NCBI GenBank assembly: GCA_031282685.1
Contig: JAITDG010000050.1
Span: 1 to 53,305 of the forward strand
DNA length: 53,305 nt
Reading direction: 5' to 3'
Origin: Puniceicoccales bacterium
GTDB lineage: Bacteria > Verrucomicrobiota > Verrucomicrobiia > Opitutales > JAIRLM01
Part shown: positions 35,462 to 45,269 of the stretch, piece by piece
How positions within the stretch are numbered: the first letter of the stretch is position 1
Layout: every line of letters starts with the position of its first letter
Notes under the pieces: generated by a model
Database searches by the model: none
Told to the model about the DNA's origin: nothing
The model's input: only the letters and a program-made list of their open reading frames with translations
Made by a program: the position numbers and the translations under genes

Positions 35462-36790
35462 CTAGGCTGCCCCCTGCCCTTCCTCGGCTCCTTCGTCCCC
35501 CGCACCCTTTTCCCGACTCTTTTTGTAGTTTTTGTAGGCGTCCAGGGCGGCGACTGCGTCCTTCATCTCCAGGCCCGCGTCGACGAGGTCCGAAACCGTT
35601 ACGCCATCCAGCGCATCCGGAGTCGTAATTCCAATGGCAGTGAGCCGGGCAGCGCAGTCCACCGGCAGGCCAATGCGTTCGCTGAGTGTCTCTACCGCCC
35701 GCTGGAGGCTGATGTCGAATTTCACCTGGCCGGAGCTGGCCGTCGCAATGTCCAAGCGCCAATTCAAGAGGCGAGAGGTGAGCCGGGCATTTTTCCCGCC
35801 GCGGCCAATGACGAGGGCCAAGTCGCTCTCTGGCACTTCGAAGCGAATGCGCTGGTTCGCATTGTCGACTTGAACATTTTGGGGAACGGCGGGACGGAGG
35901 GCTTCCTGGAAAAATTTTGGCAAATCGTCCGAGTAGGCCATGACGTCGATTTTTTCTCCGCTAAGCTCCTTAATGACATTTTTTATGCGAATGCCGTGGG
36001 ATCCCACGCAGGCGCCCACCGGATCCACCCGCGGGTCCCGACTCCGCACGGCGATCTTCGTGCGGTAGCCGGCGTCCCGGACCATGCGCACCACCTCGAC
36101 GGTGCCGTCGGCCAGTTCGGAGATCTCCAATTGCAAGAGGGCTGCCACGAAGCGGGGAGACGTGCGGGAGAGGGTCAGCATGGGGCCAAATCCGCCGCTG
36201 CTGAGTCCAACCAGCAGGGCCCGGACGCCATGGCCCACGCGAAATTCTTCGCCCGGAATCACGTCCCGCTGGGCCAGTATGCCCTCCGTGCCGTCCACGC
36301 TGACCACAAAATCCGTCATGGGCGGCTTTCCGGAAAAACGGCTCTCGTGGATCTCTTTGCGAATGACTGTTCCACTGACAATTTTACCCACGTGCCGCTC
36401 GTACTGTCCCGTTACGCGAGTCCGCTCGTGCTCTCGAACGCCCTGGGAGATGGCATAGCGGGCGGCCTGGGCCGCAATTCGGCCCAGCACCACCGGGTCG
36501 ATTTCCCGCCGAACAGTGTCTCCCAATTTGATTTTTGGGTCCTCTTCCTGGGCCCGCTGGATATGGATCTCTCGCCCCGTGTCTCCCACCGAATCGACGG
36601 CGGTTAGCAGGGCATAGGCCTTTAGAGCTCCCGTCTTGGGATTAATGGACACCTCTAGGCTTTGGCCCGCATTTACACTTTTCTGGGCGGCAAAAACGAT
36701 GGCCTCGGAAATTGTCCGCGCCATTTCCGTGCGCGGGATTCCCTTCTCCTTCTCCATGTACTCTAAAACTGTCAAAATTTGCTGACTCAT
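35462..36790 (-). CDS. nusA: Transcription termination/antitermination factor NusA
   Basis: It starts at 'MSQQILTVLEYMEKEKGIPR'. S1 and KH regions are present ('GKIVSGTV', 'GACVGSHGIRIKNVIKEL', 'IGRGGKNARL'). Confidence 0.9.
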   Translation of the reverse strand: MSQQILTVLEYMEKEKGIPRTEMARTISEAIVFAAQKSVNAGQSLEVSINPKTGALKAYALLTAVDSVGDTGREIHIQRAQEEDPKIKLGDTVRREIDPVVLGRIAAQAARYAISQGVREHERTRVTGQYERHVGKIVSGTVIRKEIHESRFSGKPPMTDFVVSVDGTEGILAQRDVIPGEEFRVGHGVRALLVGLSSGGFGPMLTLSRTSPRFVAALLQLEISELADGTVEVVRMVRDAGYRTKIAVRSRDPRVDPVGACVGSHGIRIKNVIKELSGEKIDVMAYSDDLPKFFQEALRPAVPQNVQVDNANQRIRFEVPESDLALVIGRGGKNARLTSRLLNWRLDIATASSGQVKFDISLQRAVETLSERIGLPVDCAARLTAIGITTPDALDGVTVSDLVDAGLEMKDAVAALDAYKNYKKSREKGAGDEGAEEGQGAA

Positions 36791-37043
36791 AGCCCGCGGC
36801 CGCATCCCACCTAGATCAAGGCCCCCTGATGTCAAGCTAGGGTACCGGCAATTTCAATAAAATTCTCCCGCCCGCTCGCATTGCCACCGGCCGGCGGCGC
36901 AGGGGGCCGAAAGGTGGCACGCTCTATGGTGTGGTGGCGCAGTAAATAAAATAAAAAATAGGGCGACGACCGCTCCGAATTCGAAAGATTCCGCCTTTCC
37001 CTGCCGACAAAAATTCTTCTCCGTGGGTTCGAGGAACTCGCGA

Positions 37044-37928
37044 ATGGAAATCGACCGCTGCCGGCACTGCGGACTCTGCGGAGGCGTGCGGAGAGCCCTA
37101 AATTTGGCGGAGCGGCTCGCGGCCGAGGGCCGGCGGGTCCACTGCTGCGGCGAGCTGGCCCACAGCACCCTATTACAAAATTTTCTGCGGGAAGGGGGGA
37201 TCTCCGTTTGGACCGGCGAAGAACGCCACTGGGAGCGGCGGGACTGCCTACTAATTCCGACCCATGGAATTTCTCCTGCTCGGAGGGAACGGCTCCGCTC
37301 CGAAGGCCCCGACCAGTTCGACGGCACCTGTCCCATCGTCCGACGGAACGGAGAGCGGATTCGCCGGCTGTCCGCGGAAGGTTTTCGCATATTGCTCTTC
37401 GGCAAAAAAAATCACCCGGAAGTGGTCGGACTCGCCGGCCAAGGGCCGGTGGCCATCTGCGAGTCGGAGTCGGATCTCCCTCGGCCGGATGGGAGACGGA
37501 CTGCCCTATTTTCTCAAACGACGGCCGACGGGGAGGAGCTGGCCCACTTCGCGGCGGTCGTCCGGGACCGGTTCCCCAATTTGAAGGCCGTGCCGTCCCT
37601 CTGCCGGGAAGTTCTCCTGCGCCGCAAGGAACTGTACCAGGCGCTGGCGGACGGCTCCTACGGTTGGGTCGTCGTCGTGGCCGGGGAACGGTCGGCCAAC
37701 GGTCGGGCGTTGGCGGCCATCGCCCGGCGGGCCGGAGTGGCGGTGGCGGTGGCGGAACGGCCGGAAGAGCTGCCGAATTGCATCCCTTGGGGCGTTGGCG
37801 GTCGACTGCTCATCGCGTCGGCCACGTCGGCGCCGGACTGGGCCGTCGACGGAATGGAGCAGTTCCTGCGGAAGCGGGCGGGCGGCCTATTTCCGGCTGC
37901 CGGACTGGGCGGTGCGGGACCAATTTAG
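37044..37928 (+). CDS. ispH: 4-hydroxy-3-methylbut-2-enyl diphosphate reductase IspH/LytB
   Basis: 'CGLCGGVRRAL', 'THGISPA', 'DGTCPIVRR' and 'GKKNHPEVVGL'. Confidence 0.8.
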   Translation: MEIDRCRHCGLCGGVRRALNLAERLAAEGRRVHCCGELAHSTLLQNFLREGGISVWTGEERHWERRDCLLIPTHGISPARRERLRSEGPDQFDGTCPIVRRNGERIRRLSAEGFRILLFGKKNHPEVVGLAGQGPVAICESESDLPRPDGRRTALFSQTTADGEELAHFAAVVRDRFPNLKAVPSLCREVLLRRKELYQALADGSYGWVVVVAGERSANGRALAAIARRAGVAVAVAERPEELPNCIPWGVGGRLLIASATSAPDWAVDGMEQFLRKRAGGLFPAAGLGGAGPI

Positions 37929-39311
37929 GGAGAAGAAGAAGAGGCTGGCCGCGGCGCAGCAGATGTAGAAAAAAATGGCCTGATTCCAGCCGAAGTTGTC
38001 GATGATGAGTCCGACGCCGAAGCCGGAAAAGATGGCCCCCATGTAGCCAAAAAAGCCGGTGAGGCCATTGGCCGTGGCCGCGGCCCGGCCGGAACCGAAC
38101 TCGGCTCCCGCGATGCCGGCCAGACTCTGTGGGCCGTAGACGAAAAACCCGATTACGATCAGGAGAATGCTGTCGACCAGCTGTTGACCGCAGGGGGCTA
38201 GCCAAAAAATGAAGAGAGACAGAATTAGCAGGGCCATGAAGACCGTGCAGACGGCGTTGCGGCGTCCGCCGGCCCAGCGGTCGGAGATGTAGCCGGCGAA
38301 AATGCCGGCGAAAATGCCGGAAATTTCAAAAAAAGCCGACTGGAAGCTGGAGGCTATGGGGGTCGAGCCGCGGGCCTCCTGCAGGAATGTGGGCGCCCAG
38401 TTAAAGAAGCCCATCCGAACCACATAGAGGAAAAAATTCGCCATGCAGACCAGCCAGAGGGCCCTATTGGGCAAAATGTGCCGTAAAAAAATTTCCTTCA
38501 AGGAGATGCGAACCGCTTCCTCCCCCTTGAGCTCCCGGCCTTGGCCAGAGTTTTCGTAGAGTGCCAAGGGCGGAAGGCCTTCCGATTCCGGCGTATCGCA
38601 GAGGTTCTTTAAAAGAAAGAGGGAGATCAGGACACAGACGGCGGCCGGCACAAAAAAGATGGAGCGCCAGCCGAAGTGCTGCCCCAGCCAGGCGCCGCCG
38701 ATCAGGATTATGCCGCTGCCGATCTGGTGGGACATGTTGACGACCCCCCAGTACATCCCTAACTGCTTCGGAGAGAACCAATTAGTCATCAGCCGGGCGA
38801 TGGGGGGCCAGCCGGTGGACTGGAAAAGGCCATTGAGAGAGTAGAGCACGGCGATGAGTGGAAGGGGACTGAGAGCCGTGCGGAATAGGGCGCCGCAGCC
38901 GCTGGCAATGGGGGGCGCAAGGCCGATGAGCACGCTGCAGAGCGCCGCCAGGAAAAGTCCGATGGACATGTAGTAGCGCACGTTTACCCGGTCACAGACG
39001 GCCCCGCTGACAAATTTCCCCACTCCATAGACTAGCGGGAAGACGCTAAATACCCAGCCGACTTGGGTGCGCGTACAGCCGAAATCTTTTAGCATAAGCG
39101 GGACAGCGATCTGCATGTTCTGCCGAACCAGGTAGAACGCCGCGTAGCCGACTATGAGCGTGTAGAGGAGACGAATGCGCCAGCGGCGGTAGGCCCGATC
39201 GATCTGCGATGGGTCCGTTCCCTTTTTCAGCGCCGACTTACAGCCCACGGGGGCAGCGAAGTTCTGGAGCCATTCGGGGCAAGCAAAAAATGATATTCCA
39301 TTGCGGGGCAA
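37887..39311 (-). CDS. uhpC: Organophosphate:phosphate antiporter of the UhpC/GlpT MFS family (hexose-phosphate transporter-like)
   Basis: 'YRRWRIRLLYTLIVGYAAFYLVRQN' and 'VYGVGKFVSGAVCDRVNVRYYM' parallel E. coli UhpC/GlpT. Confidence 0.75.
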   Translation of the reverse strand: MPRNGISFFACPEWLQNFAAPVGCKSALKKGTDPSQIDRAYRRWRIRLLYTLIVGYAAFYLVRQNMQIAVPLMLKDFGCTRTQVGWVFSVFPLVYGVGKFVSGAVCDRVNVRYYMSIGLFLAALCSVLIGLAPPIASGCGALFRTALSPLPLIAVLYSLNGLFQSTGWPPIARLMTNWFSPKQLGMYWGVVNMSHQIGSGIILIGGAWLGQHFGWRSIFFVPAAVCVLISLFLLKNLCDTPESEGLPPLALYENSGQGRELKGEEAVRISLKEIFLRHILPNRALWLVCMANFFLYVVRMGFFNWAPTFLQEARGSTPIASSFQSAFFEISGIFAGIFAGYISDRWAGGRRNAVCTVFMALLILSLFIFWLAPCGQQLVDSILLIVIGFFVYGPQSLAGIAGAEFGSGRAAATANGLTGFFGYMGAIFSGFGVGLIIDNFGWNQAIFFYICCAAASLFFFSLNWSRTAQSGSRK

Positions 39312-39391
39312 GTGTTTAAAAATATTTCAACTCCGCCTTTCTTTATTTTTATAAATTTTTGGCGAAATTATCCGCCGGCGCGGGTGGCCCC

Positions 39392-40573
39392 CTAGCGGGT
39401 CCGCAGTCGCCGTCCCCACAGGGATCTGCCGACGCCGAACAGGCATAGGGACAGGATCGGAATGGTCGACAGGAAGCCGTAGACTCCGCGGTAGCCGACG
39501 GCGTCCGCAAGAGTGCCCGCCACCAGCGGCCCCAGGCCATTGCCAACGTCGAAGCCGAGGAAAAAGGTGGCCGTGGCGGCTCCGTACTGGCTACCCTTAG
39601 CGCTCAGGAGGGCGGCAGTTTGAAGACCTCCCATGAGGGTTCCGAAAGAGATACCGTGGGCCGCGGCGGCAAGGAACATCCAGCCGGGGAAGGGCGCGAC
39701 GGCTAAAAAAATAAATGCGGAGGAGAGCAGCAGCAGAGCCGGCCCCAGGATCACCCGGGTCGAGCAGTGGTCCGTTAGTTTCCCGGCGACGGGGCGGAAG
39801 AGGAGCTGCAAACCGGCAGAGAGGGAGAAGAAGGGAATTGCAGAGGAGGCACCCACCTGCGGCGCGTAGAGCGGCAAAAATGAAGATAAGGAAGAAGATA
39901 CGATTGCCACGGATCCGATGAGGAGGGCCGCCGGAACGGCGGCCCCCAGAAAGGGGCGGGCCTTTCCCTCCGACCGCTCTTCTCCTCGGCCGCCGCGGTG
40001 AGTTTTGCCGTAGAGAAAGAAGGAGAGGGTCAGGGCAGCAGCGGAAGATATAGCGCAAAGTTTAAAGAGGTTAGGAAATCCCCCCAGGGAAACCGCAAAA
40101 AAGCCGACACCGGGTGCGATGGCCATGGCGACGCCGATGGCCATGGTGAAGAGGCCCATGCCCTCGCCCATGCGACTGCGGGGGATGATGTCGGCCACGA
40201 CGGTTGTGACGGAGGTGGCGGCAAAGGCCCAAAAGAAGCCGTGCAGGAAGCGAAAGGCCACCAATAGGGGGATCGTCCGAGCTCCGAAGTAGAGGAGGTT
40301 TGCTCCGACGAGACAGCACTGGGAAATGAGCAGCACCCGACGCCGGTCTCCCCTGTCCAACAGCATGCCGGCCAGAGGGCGGGTGCACATCATGGCAAAG
40401 GTCAAACAGCCCGCCGCCAGGCCGACGGAACGATTGCCGCCGCCGATCCGGGCCACGTAGAGGGGGAGCGTATAGTGCAGCATTTGAAAGCTAAAAAAGG
40501 ACAAAAATTGCACAAAGAAAAGACCGACAAAGAGCGGTGTTATTAGGGCATCACTTTTCATTCCCTTCGCCAT
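39392..40573 (-). CDS. MFS transporter, substrate unknown
   Basis: The ~12 hydrophobic segments and the motif-A-like 'GMLLDRGDRRRVLL' fit the family. Confidence 0.75.
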   Translation of the reverse strand: MAKGMKSDALITPLFVGLFFVQFLSFFSFQMLHYTLPLYVARIGGGNRSVGLAAGCLTFAMMCTRPLAGMLLDRGDRRRVLLISQCCLVGANLLYFGARTIPLLVAFRFLHGFFWAFAATSVTTVVADIIPRSRMGEGMGLFTMAIGVAMAIAPGVGFFAVSLGGFPNLFKLCAISSAAALTLSFFLYGKTHRGGRGEERSEGKARPFLGAAVPAALLIGSVAIVSSSLSSFLPLYAPQVGASSAIPFFSLSAGLQLLFRPVAGKLTDHCSTRVILGPALLLLSSAFIFLAVAPFPGWMFLAAAAHGISFGTLMGGLQTAALLSAKGSQYGAATATFFLGFDVGNGLGPLVAGTLADAVGYRGVYGFLSTIPILSLCLFGVGRSLWGRRLRTR

Positions 40574-40848
40574 AGTTCCGTGGCCAAACAGACTGATAAA
40601 AATGATCTCCGTGGCGAGAATTTTTTTAAAACTATTCTTAAAGCCTTCTCGTATGAAGAATTAAAATTTAATGGGCAATCCAATTTTTCCTTCGCTGCGT
40701 GCGCAATTAATCGCAAGTTAAGCCTCATTAACTTTTTAGATCGATAGGGCAAGAATGTTTTTGCTAGTCATACTAATGCCTTAGCGTTTTTGGCAATTGG
40801 ACATCTTTTTAATCGCAAATGCATTGGTTTCTACAGCGAAAGGAAAGC

Positions 40849-42780
40849 CTAAAGGCTCTTCGACGATTTCCTCGGCCGCAGGAGAATGCAGCAGTGGGGT
40901 GGCAGGTGGAGGAGCAGCCGCTGCTCCATCCCTCGCGAGGGGACCGGCTCCGTCCATTGGCCACCGCAATTGCCCATGCCGCAGCCGCCGTAGTGGAGAG
41001 AGTCGCCGTTGAGCGCTTCCTCCCAGAAGCCGGCGACCGGTACGGCAACCGGGTAGGAGCGGTGGGGGGTGCCGGAAAAATTGCAGGCGGCTAGCAGGAG
41101 CTGTCCGGGGCTATCTCCTTGCCGTAGAAATGTGAGCACGCCGCCATCCCCGTCATCCGGATCGATCCAGCGGAAGCCGCGCGGGTCGTCGTCGTAGAGC
41201 CCCAGCCAGGGGAGGGAACGGTAGAGGCGATTCAAGTCCCGGACCCAGCGGCGCAAACCGCTGTGATTCATGTATTTTAGCAGATGCCAGTCCAGACTGC
41301 GGAAGTGACACCATTCGTCGTGCTGTCCGAATTCGCCGCCCATAAATAGAGATTTTTTTCCCGGCCAGGCCCACATGTAGCCGTATAGCGATCGCAGCAT
41401 GGCACACTTCCAGTCCATCCGGTCCGACGGCATGCGGGCGAGGAGGGAGCCCTTTCCGTGCACCACCTCGTCGTGGGATAGGGCTAGGATGAAGTGTTCC
41501 GAGTACTGGTACAGCATGGCGAAGGTGAGGCGATTGTGGCAGTGTCTGCGGAAAACGGGATTTTGGGAGAAATAGTCCAAGGTGTCGTGCATCCAGCCCA
41601 TGCCCCACTTGAAATCGAAGCCCAGTCCGCCCAAATCCACGGGACGTGTCACGCCCGCGAAGGTGGTGGACTCCTCGGCGATGGTCAAAACGCCGGGAAA
41701 TTCCCGATGGACGGCGACATTGAAATTTTTTAAAAAATCGATGGCTTCCAAATTCTCGGGCCCGCCGTGGACATTCGGTTCCCATTCGCCGCTCTCCCGG
41801 CCGTAGCTGCGGTAGATCATCGCGGCAACCGCATCCACCCGAAAGCCGTCCACGTGATAGCGATCGCACCAGGACAGCGCGCTGCAGAGGAGGAAATTGG
41901 CCACCTCGTGGCGGCGGTAATTAAAGACCAGCGTACCCCACTGGCTGTGCTCCCCGATGCGGCTGTCGGCGTACTCGTAGAGGCAGGTGCCGTCGAATTG
42001 GGCCAGGGCGAAGCGGTCCCGCGGGAAATGGGCCGGCACCCAGTCCACTATGACTCCTATGGAAGCTCTGTGAAGGGTATCTACGAGAAATTTGAAGTCG
42101 TCCGGACTCCCGTAGCGGGCCGTCGGGGCGAAGTAGCCGGTGCTCTGGTAGCCCCAGGAGCCGTCGAAGGGAAATTCCGCCAGGGGAAGGAATTCCACGT
42201 GCGTGAAACCCATCTCGTTGCAGTAGTCGGCCAGCTGCGGTGCAATTTCCCGGTAGGTCAGCGGGCGGCAATTCTCCTCCGGCACCCGCCGCCAGGAATC
42301 CAGGTGCACTTCGTAGATGGAAATGCATTCGCGGAAGGGGCGCAGTGCCCTGCGCCGCCCCATCCAGCCGCCATCTTGCCAAGCATAGCCGTCCTCCCGC
42401 CAGACAATGGCCGCCGGCTCCACGGCCCGCTCGTAGGCGAGGGCGTAGGGATCGGTCCGCAGTTGCCGGTTTCCTTGACTATCAATAAGTTCAAACTTAT
42501 ACAGGTGGCCCGGCGAAAGGCCCGTCAGGAAGGTGCCCCATACGCCGGAGTTGCCGAGCGGTTCCATGGGATGGGAAAGGCCGTTCCAGCCGTTAAAGTC
42601 TCCAACAACTGAGACTTTTTGTGCATTCGGCGCCCAGACGGCGAAGCTCACACCCTCCACGCCGTTCCGGGAGTGCAGGTGGGCACCCAAGAATTCGTGG
42701 ATCCGTAGGGCCTTGCCTTCGCCAAAGAGGTGCAAATCAAAGTCCGGAATGGCAGAAAAAGAGCCTTCGGTCCGGTCCAT
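40849..42780 (-). CDS. glgB: 1,4-alpha-glucan branching enzyme GlgB
   Basis: GH13 motifs 'VDWVPAHF', 'DGFRVDAVAAM', 'TIAEEST' and 'ALSHDEVVHGK'. The likely start is 'MDRTEGSF' at 42778-42780. Confidence 0.9.
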   Translation of the reverse strand: MDRTEGSFSAIPDFDLHLFGEGKALRIHEFLGAHLHSRNGVEGVSFAVWAPNAQKVSVVGDFNGWNGLSHPMEPLGNSGVWGTFLTGLSPGHLYKFELIDSQGNRQLRTDPYALAYERAVEPAAIVWREDGYAWQDGGWMGRRRALRPFRECISIYEVHLDSWRRVPEENCRPLTYREIAPQLADYCNEMGFTHVEFLPLAEFPFDGSWGYQSTGYFAPTARYGSPDDFKFLVDTLHRASIGVIVDWVPAHFPRDRFALAQFDGTCLYEYADSRIGEHSQWGTLVFNYRRHEVANFLLCSALSWCDRYHVDGFRVDAVAAMIYRSYGRESGEWEPNVHGGPENLEAIDFLKNFNVAVHREFPGVLTIAEESTTFAGVTRPVDLGGLGFDFKWGMGWMHDTLDYFSQNPVFRRHCHNRLTFAMLYQYSEHFILALSHDEVVHGKGSLLARMPSDRMDWKCAMLRSLYGYMWAWPGKKSLFMGGEFGQHDEWCHFRSLDWHLLKYMNHSGLRRWVRDLNRLYRSLPWLGLYDDDPRGFRWIDPDDGDGGVLTFLRQGDSPGQLLLAACNFSGTPHRSYPVAVPVAGFWEEALNGDSLHYGGCGMGNCGGQWTEPVPSRGMEQRLLLHLPPHCCILLRPRKSSKSL

Positions 42781-43060
42781 CCTCCTAATGTAGCCCCTTC
42801 CAGCGCAACCGCGAGAAAAATACCGCTCTCGGAGACGAAACGGACAGATTGCCGGCCGGACCGTCCCTAAAATTGGCGAACATTTGCCCAAATAGCTCCA
42901 AACTTCATCGGACAGCCGCTGGCGAAAGAAGGGCCGCTATCTTCCCTTGATCGGAATGAGGTAAGTGTGACGTCAAAGAAAAGGAAAATATGTTAAGAGT
43001 ATGCCGAGCTGTGACTTATGGGAACAAAAGAAGAAGTTAAAAAAAATTTTTAAAAAAATC

Positions 43061-43088
43061 TTTACAAAAGAGTCGTATCATGTAATAT
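43061..43088 (+). promoter_or_regulatory. Candidate sigma70-type promoter (TTTACA-16 nt-TAATAT) upstream of the OMP gene
   Basis: The hexamers lie at 43061-43066 and 43083-43088 in an AT-rich divergent intergenic region, ~35 nt upstream of the first ATG. Confidence 0.3.
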
Positions 43089-43122
43089 CCGGCAAACGGC
43101 CTGCCCAGAGCGGGTCAAAAAA

Positions 43123-43857
43123 ATGTCTGAGGTTTCAACTATGAAGAGGAAAAACGCTTTGTTCGCTATGGCCGCACTTGGTTTGTCCATGGCTCCCTGC
43201 ATTGGAAGTGCAGCAAAATGGCCTTCGCAATTGCGACCATACTGCGCGAGTGGCTTTACGTATAATTATCTCAGTGCCTGCAAGCTGTCCGTCGACAGAC
43301 TTTCCGAAAGACCCATCGCCGAACCGGAAAGCTACGACATAAAATGGAATCCCTACATAGGCTTCCGCTTTGCGGCGGGACTATGGCTGCCGGCACCGAA
43401 ATCTGGCTGCATATTCGGCGAGGTGGAGTACCAAACGGGAAGAACGGCAAAAACCGAACACTTCGGTCCGGTTTCCGTACATGAATCCTACATGCGACTC
43501 ACTTCCGACTTTATATTGCTTAATCTGTACTACCAATTAAATGTGGCTAACGCATTCCAACCCTATTTTGGGGTCGGTTGCGGGACTAGCAATCTAAAGG
43601 GAGAAGCTTGCTTTTTTTCCGACGAGACCTATGCCTTTAACAGCGCTACAAATCACAGGATGGCAATAAAGGGGACCGCTGGATTTTCCTTTGCTTTGAA
43701 TCGCTCAACGACACTCGAAGCGGAATTCGTTGCAATCCACCTCTCGAAGGAGAAAAGGGAAAAGAGACTCACCGCATCTAGCGGTGGAACCACTATTGCC
43801 ACTGTAGCCCCGTCGGGCGTAGTACAGCTCTCCCTCGGTCTCTGTAACACATTCTAG
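43123..43857 (+). CDS. Outer-membrane beta-barrel protein with signal peptide
   Basis: The signal-like N-terminus is 'MKRKNALFAMAALGLSMAPCIGSAA'. Alternating hydrophobic beta-strand patterns are present. The protein ends in a terminal aromatic, '...LSLGLCNTF'. Confidence 0.55.
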   Translation: MSEVSTMKRKNALFAMAALGLSMAPCIGSAAKWPSQLRPYCASGFTYNYLSACKLSVDRLSERPIAEPESYDIKWNPYIGFRFAAGLWLPAPKSGCIFGEVEYQTGRTAKTEHFGPVSVHESYMRLTSDFILLNLYYQLNVANAFQPYFGVGCGTSNLKGEACFFSDETYAFNSATNHRMAIKGTAGFSFALNRSTTLEAEFVAIHLSKEKREKRLTASSGGTTIATVAPSGVVQLSLGLCNTF

Positions 43858-43929
43858 GTCGGGGGGTGCTATACTTCTTCCGTTCCCCGTTGACAGAGTC
43901 CGAGTCGGACACTTGCCTGGCGCCTCGCC

Positions 43930-44409
43930 ATGGGGAACGGAGAGAGTGGCGCCGGGCCGATCACCATCGGACGGCGAGAAAATCGCACCTTCGCGGTGCA
44001 GTGCCTTTACTCATACGACATTTCTCCGCTGATCCGCTGGGAAGAGCACTGGGCCGGCCAGCTGGAAGCGCTGGATCTGCCCGAACGTTCCCTATCCTAC
44101 GCGCGGCAGCTGGTGGAAGGAACGGTCGCCAATCTTTTTGAAATTAACGGCCTTCTGGCAAAATTTCTCGATAACTGGTCCCTGGATCGGGTCCAGAGGG
44201 TGAGCCTGGCGATCCTGCGCGTTGCCGTCTATGAGCTCCTCTACGGGAAAAACATTCCCAAGGCGGTGGTCATCAACGAGGCCATCGAGCTGACGAAGCT
44301 CTACGGCGGGCCCGACTCGAAGCGCATCGTCAACGGCCTGCTGGACCGCATCCGCCGTCACCTGGAGGAGCAGGCGGTGGAGAAATCCGAAACCCCGTCT
44401 TCTGAGTGA
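43930..44409 (+). CDS. nusB: Transcription antitermination factor NusB
   Basis: 'RTFAVQCLYSYD', 'LDRVQRVSLAILRVAVYELLY...IPKAVVINEAIELTKLYGGPDSKRIVNGLLDRI'. Confidence 0.88.
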   Translation: MGNGESGAGPITIGRRENRTFAVQCLYSYDISPLIRWEEHWAGQLEALDLPERSLSYARQLVEGTVANLFEINGLLAKFLDNWSLDRVQRVSLAILRVAVYELLYGKNIPKAVVINEAIELTKLYGGPDSKRIVNGLLDRIRRHLEEQAVEKSETPSSE

Positions 44410-45269
44410 AATTCTTCACCCCTAGCGACCTGCTCGCATTCCTGATCCCAAACGGTTTCATTCTCTGGAACGATGGAAAGGCCCAGGTCGGCCAGCTCTT
44501 CGATCCAGAAGCGGCGGGACCGCAGTCCCGGGTGCGGAACCGCCAGCGCAGTTAACGAGGAAACGAATCCTTCAAAAAGCAGTAGGTCGATGTCGATGGT
44601 CCGGGGGCCGTAGCGCTCACTCCGCACACGGCCCATGGCCCGCTCGGTGGACTGCGTCGCCGCAAGTAATTCCATTGGAGAAAGAAGTGTTTCTATTAGC
44701 AGGGAACGGTTCAAAAATTCCGGCTGGTCCGTCCGTAGGAGCGGCGCCGTGCGGTGCAGGGAAGAGCTGCGCAGCGGCCGGCAGTAGGGAACAAGCCGTT
44801 CCACCGCTTCCGCTAGCGCCCGGCTCCGGTCCCCCAAATTGCTGCCCAGCCCGAGGATCGCCAAGGACCGGCGGCGGGACAGGGAGCAGAGGAATGAGGT
44901 GCCGCCGCCCCGCCAACGGGCGGGATTTTTTTGAAGTCGCAGATCGATGGACAGGGCCCGGGGAAAGTGGACCAGCAAGTGCCGGCAGAGCGCGTCGGCG
45001 AATTTTTCTAGCAAGTAAAATCGGGTTTTTCCCGCAAAGGCCACGGCACAGGACGCGAGGGCGGAATAGTCCACAGCATCGCTAATCTCATCGCTGCCAA
45101 TGCATTGCCCCATATCATAGCCTACGGCGATGTGGCCGTAGAGGGTCGTCGGTCCGCGCCGCTCCTCCTCCCGAACGCCGCAGACGCAGCGCAGGGGAAG
45201 GTGTTCCACGCAAATGTGTCCAACCCGACCGCCGGTCCGTAGGGAAGAGATGATATCAGCGGGCTCCAT
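44358..45269 (-). CDS. folK: Fused dihydroneopterin aldolase (FolB-like) and 6-hydroxymethylpterin pyrophosphokinase (FolK)
   Basis: HPPK motifs 'AILGLGSNLGDR', 'QPEFLNRSLLIETLLSPMELL' and 'GPRTIDIDLLLF', with a FolB-like N-terminal ~115 aa. The start at 45267-45269 overlaps the folP stop. Confidence 0.8.
   Translation of the reverse strand: MEPADIISSLRTGGRVGHICVEHLPLRCVCGVREEERRGPTTLYGHIAVGYDMGQCIGSDEISDAVDYSALASCAVAFAGKTRFYLLEKFADALCRHLLVHFPRALSIDLRLQKNPARWRGGGTSFLCSLSRRRSLAILGLGSNLGDRSRALAEAVERLVPYCRPLRSSSLHRTAPLLRTDQPEFLNRSLLIETLLSPMELLAATQSTERAMGRVRSERYGPRTIDIDLLLFEGFVSSLTALAVPHPGLRSRRFWIEELADLGLSIVPENETVWDQECEQVARGEEFHSEDGVSDFSTACSSR

Noticed and set aside
35448-35762. 105-codon N-terminal extension of infB. 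The same issue applies to nusA (36791-36835), glgB (42781-42891), folB-folK (45270-45539) and the Mu-I-like gene (49487-49588).
   Set aside because: In each case homology starts at an internal Met. The extensions overlap the upstream gene or the intergenic promoter region and are compositionally aberrant.
33343-36607. Long antisense or off-frame ORFs over infB and nusA: 33343-34320 (325 aa), 34585-35433 (282 aa) and 35447-36607 (386 aa).
   Set aside because: They lie wholly inside well-supported IF-2 and NusA coding regions on the other strand. Their composition is Ser/Arg/Pro/Ala-biased and they carry no motifs. They reflect stop-codon scarcity in GC-rich sequence.
36880-36925. A GC-rich nested stem-loop (GCCACC...GGTGGC) in the nusA/ispH divergent intergenic region, considered as a possible small RNA or leader structure.
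   Set aside because: It is a single moderate hairpin with no recognisable riboswitch, SRP, 6S or tmRNA consensus. This cannot be assessed without covariance models or expression data.
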